Source: Mayamaea pseudoterrestris (taxonomy: Eukaryota). Taken from it: a DNA stretch of 64,000 nucleotides. The notes beneath the pieces are model-generated. The model was given only the letters and a program-made list of their open reading frames with translations, had not been told where the DNA came from and made no database searches. This document shows positions 30,428-40,700 of the stretch, in pieces; position 1 is the stretch's first letter, and the number at the start of each line of letters is the position of its first letter. A program made the translations under genes and the position numbers. The stretch is from assembly GCA_027923505.1 (NCBI GenBank), contig BROI01000028.1, positions 186,001 through 250,000 on the forward strand, given 5' to 3'.

Positions 30428-32344
30428 CTACACCATTGCAACCTCAGATGAGCCTTCACCAAGTAAGTAATATGTACATTTCTGGTGCAAGTGCTCGCGA
30501 AGAATTGGCTTGGTGAGAAATTCGGTCACACCAGCCTCAATGGCATCTTGCTTGCTGGCATCTACGGCGCAAGCAGTCAATGCCAGGATTGGAATATCCA
30601 ACTTGCACGCCCTAAGTATCCTCGTGGCTTGGCAGCCGTCAAGAATAGGCATTGATAGATCCATAAGAATCATGCCAAAGTGAGTCGCATTGGGCAGTTT
30701 GGTGACGTTACGAGACTTCATCATAATGTCGACTGCTTGCTGGCCATCTTCGGCTAGCTCGTATTCGAGATTAAAGTTCGACATCATTCGGGCGAGTAGC
30801 TTCCTGTTGACATGATTGTCGTCAACAATCAAGACTTTATTCACTTGAGAGTCGATATTAAACAAGTCAAGGCTTGGTTTTCGCTTGTGCGCGGCACTAT
30901 TAACGACAGGTTTATCTGCGATGATAAGTCGGCCATACGCTGTATCGAACGAAGCGTCTAACAAGGATGTCGACTCCTTCACAGCCTCTCTGGGACGGTC
31001 TTCTATTGCAACAGTTGCTTGTGTCTTGCAGAGTGCTGCCGGGGAAAATGTGGTCTGGTCTGCTCCTACTTCAAGGCTTTCTTTAAAATGCAATGTCTGA
31101 AGCTCTGGAAGGACATGAAGTTGGATGTAAATTGTGAATTTGCTCCCGATGGCTTCCGTGCTTGCGACATGGATGGTACCACCCATCTTTCGAGCAAGCT
31201 TGGATAAAATCGCCAAGCCCAATCCAGTGCCACCATGCACCCGATATTCTGTCAGCTTCGACCAAGAGTATGGGACAAAGATTCGTTCAAGAAGGCCGTG
31301 CGATATACCACAACCCGTGTCACTGACTTCAATTTTCAACACACAAACATTCGCCGCTTCCACCGAGGTGCCGCTCGTCCCTTCTTCCGCGCTGAGAAGT
31401 CGCAAGGCGGACTCGTCGTCATGCGTACTGGCAAATGTTGTTTCCGAAGAGTCCGTGGGCTTGTCACCGTCGAAGACCAGCTTGTTCACGCCTTTGTCGG
31501 CATTCGTGTTGATCCAATTCTTCTTGAGCGCTTCGTCGAAGCACACCATCGAAGCGGTAAACTCAATAACGCCTTCATCGGTGAACTTTGCTGCGTTAGA
31601 CAGCAAGTTGTATGCAATTTGAAGGATTCGCGCACTGTCTCCAAGCGCGACACTTGGAACGTTTGGGGCGATATGGCACTTGTATTGAACGCTGGGCTTT
31701 TGTCGTAACTGCATCTCCGTACTAGTACCGACCGACTCGAGCAGCTCTCGTAGATCAAACTCTTTCTCTTCGAGTTCTAGTCTCCCTGACTCGAGCTTGC
31801 TAATGTCAAGAACGTCGTTGACGAGTCTGACCATTAGGTGTGTCGACTGTTGGATGCTCGCTAGAGCGCGCTCTTGGTTCGGCAACAAATGCTCGTCCTC
31901 GAGGAACGCGCAAAAGCTAGTGACGGCGAACAAGGGATTACGAATCTCATGACACAGGAACGCCATGAAAGTGACCAATTTGCGCCTCGACTCCTCACTT
32001 TCTTCATTTAGCCGGCGTAGCTCCTGGATTCCTGCATCAAGTGAGCTCATTAGGTTTGGAACAAGTGGAACGAGATAGCAAGCTGTTGCCAGTGATATGA
32101 AGGCGGTAAACCAATTGATGATGAAAAATGCGTTCTGATTTGAAAATCCGAGACAGCGCATAAGATGCCCTGTGCCGCACAGGAAGATGAAGAGTGCAAA
32201 AAGGATCAGCAAGACCAGAATCTTGACCGGCATTGATGTGAGACGCGGATATCGATAAAGAGAAATCAATAACTGGATAGGTATCGAGAAGTATGCCACG
32301 GTTATAATCATGTCATCGACTCGCATTCCTCGCATTGATGCCAT
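30428..32344 (-). CDS. Ethylene-receptor-like hybrid histidine kinase (3-TM ethylene-binding domain, HisKA, HATPase, receiver; no GAF)
   Basis: DMIITVAYFSIP and FIFLCGTGHL. H-box CHEIRNPL, N-box NAAKFT, G1 DTGCG, G2 GTGLGL. Receiver VDD...MDLSMP...KP. Confidence 0.9.
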   Translation of the reverse strand: MASMRGMRVDDMIITVAYFSIPIQLLISLYRYPRLTSMPVKILVLLILFALFIFLCGTGHLMRCLGFSNQNAFFIINWFTAFISLATACYLVPLVPNLMSSLDAGIQELRRLNEESEESRRKLVTFMAFLCHEIRNPLFAVTSFCAFLEDEHLLPNQERALASIQQSTHLMVRLVNDVLDISKLESGRLELEEKEFDLRELLESVGTSTEMQLRQKPSVQYKCHIAPNVPSVALGDSARILQIAYNLLSNAAKFTDEGVIEFTASMVCFDEALKKNWINTNADKGVNKLVFDGDKPTDSSETTFASTHDDESALRLLSAEEGTSGTSVEAANVCVLKIEVSDTGCGISHGLLERIFVPYSWSKLTEYRVHGGTGLGLAILSKLARKMGGTIHVASTEAIGSKFTIYIQLHVLPELQTLHFKESLEVGADQTTFSPAALCKTQATVAIEDRPREAVKESTSLLDASFDTAYGRLIIADKPVVNSAAHKRKPSLDLFNIDSQVNKVLIVDDNHVNRKLLARMMSNFNLEYELAEDGQQAVDIMMKSRNVTKLPNATHFGMILMDLSMPILDGCQATRILRACKLDIPILALTACAVDASKQDAIEAGVTEFLTKPILREHLHQKCTYYLLGEGSSEVAMV

Positions 32345-33063
32345 TATAAAAGACCTGTGAAGGCGTAGCTTTTCTGGATGGGATGGGTAAGGGGCAATGG
32401 CCAGTAATGGGAGTAAGGGGCCTGCTGGAGAAGACTCAGTTTCCGTAGGATTGTTTCGCTCCTACGCAAAAGCACCGCCGCTCAAAATCCCTCGCTTCGT
32501 TTCAACGGTATGACTATAATGGGCAAATTGCAGTGTCTTTGTTTCGAGATGCATCAATATAGTCGCAGTAAAGCGAACGATCAACATGCCGCCCAAGCGA
32601 GGTTCTTGGAAGTTTGGGAGTGTTGAAGCGCGGAGATGTTATCGAAGGGCTTTATTTAAAATGAAGTCAAAGTTCTAAAGTGACTCATATTGAAGTTGAA
32701 CTTACGAAATGCATTAAGTAAATTTAGAAACTAACCAATAATGACGTGCATTGACATGCAGATCAGAACCGAAATGAAATGAAATATGAAACTTCAATAT
32801 CTGGCGTCTGATTATGTGAGTTGGTCGCCCAAAAAAAGGACGAGATGCGCTTCCTTGGCGTTCAAACCACGAGTCAAGTCCTCCCCGACGACGCCAGTAA
32901 GCGACTGAAGTCTACCGGTAGCAGGGATAACTATGTTCGATTAGCCTACGTCAAAGAAACAAAAGAAATATATGAATTGCTATGGTAGGAGTCGGCATGC
33001 TTCTCTCGTATGTCTCTGGCCAAGCATGGCTGCAGTGATTCAGGAAACACAGAGCACTCGTCC

Positions 33064-34231
33064 CTACCCCTGCTCCGGCCAAGCCGTATCTAGAACATGC
33101 AGCAACAAATCTCGGAAATTGCCTTTCACTTCAGATCGGACGCGATCGTGAACAGTTTTGCCATAAAGCTCAATATGAGCTGCCATGACATCTCCCATGA
33201 CCTCCTGCAAGCGAATGAGCGTGCACGTCAATAAGAGTTCATCCGTCCCAATGCCCTTGCATGCCGTCTTGATCAAGTTAGCCATGGCCTCGTACGGCTT
33301 AAGTTTCATCTCAATCAAGTGCACCGTTGCGTCTGCCAGGTTACCGTTAAGCTCCTTGGCCATTGCCTTGGCCAAAGTGTAGCCATACTTCTCCGAGTAG
33401 GCCCGGTCAATCGCCTGCAAGTGTTCCTTGAGCGACTTGGTCAAGATTTTAAATATTCCACGCTCCTCCGTACCCCATTTGCCTTGGCCCTTTTGATAAA
33501 TTTCCTCCGCATCTTCAATTGCCTTCTCCTTGGTGTGATGCTGCGGATCAAATGGATCTTGACCACCTTGAAGGGCACTAAAGACGAGAACCTCCATGTT
33601 ACCAGTGAGCTCGCTCGCTAGTACCTTGCCCTGTAATAAAGTCCGACAATCATGAGACACGAGTAAATCGCGCAGTATATTGCCAAAGATCAAAACTTAC
33701 GAGGTCTTTGCTGTACATGTCATAGTACCTGTTCAAAGAAATGATGAAATAAGTAGTATGAGCAGCAGTTAACGCAAACTGCTACAACACAATCATGACA
33801 CATGCAGCGAGCAAACCAACTCACGTCTTTTTCAAGAGCTCCAGCTCCTCATTCGTCCGTCCAACAAGAACGCTCCAAACAATATTAACATTGGCTCCAA
33901 CGCCCGCCGTGGCCTTGCGAATCATTTTGCATTCGGCCTTGTGCAAAGGCAAGGCGAGAAATCGCAACGCCAGTCCAAAGTTTCCACTAAATTCCTTCTT
34001 CATCAATTCCTCCAAATCTTGTTTATGAAGCTCCTTGTAGCGAATGTACAATTTGTATCGATCCGTCGCGTTGTGCTTCGCCAAGGCGTCGACAACCTTT
34101 TGCTTGTTGGCGCCCCATCCTTTGGTGGCATCGTGAATTTGCTGGCAGCAGTCGTCAATCTCTGGTCCGAATCCGTGATCAGGACTGAGATCTTGGCGCA
34201 TGACCATTTCGGGGTAGAGAGGAATCGGCAT
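33064..34231 (-). CDS. Annexin; exons 34231-33825, 33728-33701 (28 nt) and 33630-33064
   Basis: Four annexin repeats (KGWGAN, AGVGAN, GKWGTE, KGIGTDE). GT-AG introns restore the frame. Confidence 0.9.
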
Positions 34232-34782
34232 GATACAGTCGTTGTGGATGCCAAACTAGTGATTGTAATTAAGAACGAGTCGAGAGTCCAGAGCTTTGTG
34301 TTAGCGCTAATCGTCGGCGATGAGGCAAGGAGCTGAGGTTGATTGATATATCCAACGATTGGCTTATCGTCAAGCAGTCCGCTTGGAAGATCTTATGCTT
34401 TGGTTGTAATGGCAAAAAGCAACGACCCTGCTCAAGGGTCAACGGGTCAATGATCTCGAAACAAGATCCAGATCCACGAATTTCTATTTCCGTGTCGCAC
34501 TGTTTCCACTTTTGTATCGCACTGGTGTTGAACGATCGTCATGCAAATCTGGCGCGGCAGCCAAACGAAGGAACGGCAAACGCCTTGCGCTGCCTTTGGT
34601 ATTCATCACTTTGTTTCAAGTACAAATCGGTTGCTACATTGCGTTTGTGTGCATAGTAGGCAAACACCGTATCTTGCATATAGTGCGATTAAGTAACCAG
34701 TCTAAGGAGTGATTTAGCAGAAGCTAAGCGATTCCTCTGCGCATCCAAAAGTCCTTCTCCATTGGCACTTTCTGAGGGCATC

Positions 34783-37700
34783 ATGACATCGAACGCTGAT
34801 GCTGATGCCGACAAGGATCTTGATGCACCAACTATCCCATCCACCATGCAAGATCTTTTTGAGCAAGTGGTGGGTTGGATACGTGATACGCCAGTCACCG
34901 CAAACATGCAGCCATCCACCGACACCAAGCTCCGCATGTACGGCCTCTACAAGCACGTTCACGACGGTCCCTGCGTTGGCGAACAGCCTTCCGTGTTGCG
35001 CGTCGAGGCGCTCTACAAGTACAAGGCCTACAGGGCGTGCGAAATGTTGAAAAAGGAGGAAGCCATGGAGCAGTACGTTCAAGTGGCTGGTGCGCAAAAC
35101 AATTGGCTCGGGCATAAGATTTTAACGCACTATCAGTCTTGGTGCGCGGCGCACGGCAAGTATGCCACGTCGGCTGTCATACCAATCGCTTCAGACTCGA
35201 ATTCAATTGCAACCAAAATGCTCTCATTGCTTGGGATTCGTCCACTAGTGCCGCGGGGTCAACTCGATATATCCGTTTCCGACTTGCTCTTTGCCATTTC
35301 GTCGTGCTGTTCCCTCTCTGGGTCGTTGCGCTCCAAGGAGCAAGCCGTTCAAGACTTGTTCGCAAGCAGCAGCAGTGATACGCACCACGCAGTGGTGGGC
35401 TTGTCGGCTCGAACATTGATGGATCTATACTTTTGCGCCAAAAAGTATCCAAAGGGATCGCAACTCATCATGAGTCCGGCAATCAACGTTCCTGGTGTCG
35501 TCGCCGTGTTGAAGCACCACGACTTGGAGATTGTGGCGATTGACCTTCCAATGGACGCCAACGGACAAACGCGCATTTCTGTTGACTGCGATGCGATTGA
35601 AAGCGCCGTCACGGCCAAGACGGTGGCAATCATGGTGGTGCATCCGTTTGGCATGCCGTCGGCGAGCGACAAGGAAATGAGTCGACTGCGGAAACTCGCA
35701 AATGAGCAGAATCTAAGCTTGATGGAGGATTGTGCCGAATGCTTTACGGGATTATCAAAAGATGCCTTTCAGCCGAGCACTCTGGCCGACGTTAATTTTT
35801 ATTCGTTTGGATGGATCAAGACGGCAACCGCTCTTGGAGGTGGCGTGGCTCTCGTGAGCGATGACAAGATCGCAAAAGACATGAACAGGATACAGCATTC
35901 ATCATATCCGCTACAATCTACATGGGTCATTTTATGGAGAACTGTGAAGGGATTGTGGATCCATCTCATGACTGCATCGCCCGTTTTGTTCGCGCTGTTT
36001 GCATATGCTCTTAACTTGGTTGGCCTTGACCTGGACGCCGCCGTGTACGCAGTGATTCGAGGATTCTCGTCGCCGTCTCCCGCCGAAAGGCTACGTCAGA
36101 TACGCCAACGGCCATGCGCTGCCTTGCTATCCATGCTGAACAGACGGTTAAAGCAATCGCGCAACAATGTCGTTCCGTCTGTGGAAGCGAGGAAACGACG
36201 TTGCGAAACGGTTTTAAAATCATTGCGTACCAGCAATCCTGACACTGTCGGTCATCTGGATGACAGTTCAACCTTTTGGTTGTTTCCTATAATATCTAAG
36301 AATCCAAAACGCTTTTGTCAGGCGCTTCGGAAAAATGGATACGATGTGACGAGGGGCATGTCCCAGTTAAAGTGTGTGGATGACGGCCAGTCATGTCCTC
36401 GAGCGTCAGAATTGATGCAAAGTGCCGTATATTTACCCATTTCCAGTCGCAGCATGAGCGATTCGCAGCTTTGTCGTCTGACAGAATTGATACAAGCAGC
36501 AGAACCCGAAACGTCGAAGCCTCCGCTCAAAGCGTACAACACTTGGAGAGTCAGCTGGAAAACTGCTGTATTCGTCGGCGCAATGCTGGTGATGCTGTCA
36601 TCCCTACGATATACAATGCTCTTCTTTATAAATGTCTTCATACTGCTCGGCCTTCTTGCACTTGCAACTTCTGTGATACTCCGATGGAGCGTTTCTGATT
36701 GGTACCTAGACCATTCATCTAATTTTGTCAAGTATAGCCACTTGCTGACGGGTCATGACGAGCGCAAGTCGGACATTTCCAGTCGAAATGTGTTGAAAGC
36801 GATGGATGTGCTTAAAGTCCCAGCTAACTCATTGGGCGAAACGAGAAAAGTGTTTCTTACCGGATCGACTGGCTTTGTCGGGTCCAACTTACTACGCAAT
36901 CTTTTGCTGAATCGCAAGGAACTCTTGATCGAGTCCGTCACTCTCCTGTGTAGGTCAAAGCGTGGCCAATCGGCGAGGTCACGGGTAGACAAGCTCTTGA
37001 GTGAGCCTCAATTTTCCTTTTTGTCTGACGACGAGAAACTGTCGGCTGTTCAAGTTGTTGAAGGAGAAGTGTCAACGCCTAATGTCGGGTTGAGCGAGAC
37101 GGATTACAATGCAATAATAGAAGACTCAAAGTTTACCCACGTCATTCACTGTGCCGCCTCGGTCAGCTTTACTCAAGAGCTTCCCGATGCCGCACGGACG
37201 AATATCGCTTCTTCACTGCATCTTCAGAAGTTGACCGCTATGATAACGTCGGGCTCTGCTATTTTTGTCCACGTAAGCACTGCTTTTGTCCACGGCGGTG
37301 ATACCGGAACCGCGGCCGAGCCCTTGCCTGAAAAGCTTTACTCGCTCGGAAAGTACGACCCAGCGCGACTTTACTCCTCTATGCTTGGATCCCAATTTTA
37401 CGCTGCAAAGGCAATGCATGAACTCGGTTTTCACAATTCATATACTTTTAGCAAGTGCGTTTGCGAGCATCTACTATCAAGAAATTCTTGTGTACGAACA
37501 ATCATCATTCGACCTAGTATTGTTGGACCGGCCGTTGAATTGCCTTGGGAGGGATGGGCTGGTGCGAAGCCTTCCACGATTGTTGCTGCTGCTTGCTTAT
37601 ATATGGCCTACCAATGGAATCTCTGGTCGTTTGGCAATCACAGAGTTCCTTGCATTCCTGTCGACATTTTAAGTTCGTTCATTGTTGCCAAAGTTTTTGC

Positions 37701-40700
37701 AGTGGAACACATTGAGGACGCGTCGGAAATTCTTGTACCGTCGAGCGCGGATAGCGATTCGGCTAGATCTAGCGCAATCAGCTTCGAAAAGATAAAGCGA
37801 GCTGATAGCACTGCGTCGTCATCAAGTGACTCTTGGCCTGATTCAGCCGCGTCTCAGCATTCCCTTGATATATACAATGCAGCCTGGAATGGTGCATCGC
37901 CCGAGTCGTCGTCTTTTACATGGATTGACTACGCTGCGGCAATATGTCAAGTTGGTGCTATCACCGGCTATTTCTCCAGACCAACTGCCTTCGTCAGTCT
38001 GGGCTTTGCAAAAAGGATTGTTCCCTGGGCATCATTTTCTATAAATTCCTTCCGTCGGCTTCATGCTCTTGTTGTTGATATACCTTTCAATACGATAAAA
38101 AAGATGGGAAACTTTTTTGGATATGATACGTCGCTCATGAAAAAGTTGCACCCGTTTCTGGAGTTGCCACTTCTCTTCTATCCGTTTATGAATTCCAAAT
38201 TTTATTTTGATTCTGACTTGACGGCGCCAGTCGAATTAAATGGGCAGCGATACATGTTTAGCTGCACTGCCGCGGCTCATCGTTTTATGGTCAATGACAG
38301 AAACAATACGTCGGAAAACTCTGCGAAACCATTTCTAGGTTCAACCGACAAGATTTATTCCTGCCGGATAGCGGGCTCACTTCATCAGCAAACCTGTCCC
38401 GATGCTTGGTGGGCCTTGACGCAGCCCGAAGGCGGCTACTTTACGCGATTTGCAGGATGGATAATAGTCAAGATTTTAAGAGCCACTTGCACCGAAGTAA
38501 CAGTTGATGTGGATTCGTTTCGATCAATAATCACGCATTTGGAAAACGAAGCAGAGCCAATGACGGTCATACTCGCTCCGACGCATCGGTCCTTCATGGA
38601 TTTCATAGTCTTAAGTTATGCTCTATTTGCTCTCCCTGAATTAAAGGTGAAAATCCCTCACATCGCTGCCGCGGACGACTTTGAGAGACTCCCTTACATC
38701 GGGTGGCTGGCGACACGCTTAGGGGCCTTTTTTGTTCGAAGAGGGAGAAAGCATAAAGACCCAAAGTTGCGGGATAACCTGTCGTCAATTACGAATTCGG
38801 CTACGCATCATAGCCCTTTCATAGAGGTTTTTATCGAAGGGACAAGAAGTAGAGACCGACGATTTCATCGTCCGAAAACTGGTTTCTTGCGCTGCATTCA
38901 GAATCAAGGCCCGATTGTGGTAGCTCCAATTACCATCAATTACGAGCGTGTTCCTGACCAGCATGCCTTGGCTGCTGAGGCGACAGGAGGACTAAACAAG
39001 GGTTTGAACGTGTTTTCTCTAATCAACTGGCTTCGTCGAGTATCGGGTGGAAAAGTGCGTCTGGGGCGCATTCATATTGCCGCGTGCCAGCCTATTTCTG
39101 CTACGGACGGTAGCAACCAGCTTGATGCGCGCATTTTAGCCGATATGATTCAGTGCAGACAACAAGAGCAAGTTTGTATATCGGACTATCATATCAAAGC
39201 CGCATCCAGCTTGCTAAAATTAAAAGTTGAGACTGTGGAGGATGCAATGCGACGTGTGGACTGCAAATTCTGGCCTAAGACAAATGCTGGATCGTCGCTG
39301 CTAGACGTTCCTACTGACGAAACTGAGCTTCTGACTGTCTTACTACAAGCAAGTCCAACTCTGTCCAAGCTCTTTGTCGAGTCGCATCCAAATTGGTCAA
39401 ATTGGCTGAACCGTTTGAACGAAACAACTTTAGACGAATCACTGCGCGGAGTGGACTCGGTGCGTCAAATTATTGACAGCTTAGTGCCCATGTTCGACGA
39501 GGCCGATCGATGTACCGGAGAGGCTCTACGAATATTAACGGAAAAAGGCTTTTCGAACCCGAAACCTGAGCATGCTTTGCAGAAAACGCTGACATTTAGC
39601 AACAAGTTGCCTCATGGACTCATCCGAGCTTCATTGGCAATGAAATTACATGGGTCTTTGGTCACGTACGATGAGACCATGCCTTATTTCAGCGACGGAG
39701 CAGTAGCGAAACAAAGAATACCAAACTCGGACGAATCGCTTGGCTTCTGGGGCTTTCACGATTCATCTTTTGTCGTGCAAACGGATAGCCAAGGTTCCCC
39801 GTTCGTAACCATGCAAGGCAAACGATACACTCTTAGCAACGCTCGTATGAGGAAGATACTGCCGTTTATACAGGAGGAGATGAATGTCAAGGTAGATCTT
39901 TTCCGTGAAGCGTTTCTTGACAATGAAAAGATTGCATTTCCTGGCTGCTGCATCGTCGCGGAAGACCTTGAGCTCCTAAAACCAACCTGTTTGTCGGTTA
40001 CATATGAAGAAAGAGTTCGTCATGGAACCGGTCATTGCCAAGAGGACGTGTTCGCAATCCGCAGCGGCCACTTACCTCGTATTCCGGATCTTGTTGTATG
40101 GCCAAAAACTCAGGCGGAAGTCCAAAGCATTGTTCGCCTTGCCAAGGAAAAGTCTTGGTGCCTTATACCGTTCGGCGGAGGAACAAACGTTTCGCTTGCG
40201 ACTCGTTGTCCATCCCTTGAAGTTGAACCTCGTCCTATTGTGTCCGTCGACATGAGAAAAATGTCCAAGATACTCTGGGTCGACGAAGAGAATGGCCTAG
40301 CTCGCGTTGAGGCCGGTATTACTGGGCGTCATTTGGTGGAGCAAATGGCACAGCGGGGGTATACAATTGGGCACGAACCGGATAGTATTGAATTCAGCAC
40401 TCTTGGTGGTTGGGTTGCTACAAAAGCCAGCGGTATGAAGCGTAACAAGTACGGCAACATTGAAGATATCGTCAAGGCTGTTCGTGTGATTGGCCCGAAC
40501 GGTGTCTTGCAACATGGCAGTGATGGAGAAGTTGTCTGGGGACGTGAAGCAAGCGGCATGGATCTTTGCTCGGTCATGTTTGGATCAGAAGGGTGTCTCG
40601 GAATTATAACGAGCGCCACGCTACGAATTTGGCCAGAGCCTGAAGTGAAAGACTACGATGGCTTCATCTTTCCAGACTTTGAAATGGGTGTTCGCTTCGC

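Noticed and set aside
20122..32344. The 2OG-Fe dioxygenase as an ethylene-forming or ACC oxidase partner of the ethylene receptor
   Set aside because: The family is huge, no diagnostic residues were identified, and 9 kb of unrelated genes lie between them. Proximity in a eukaryote is weak evidence.
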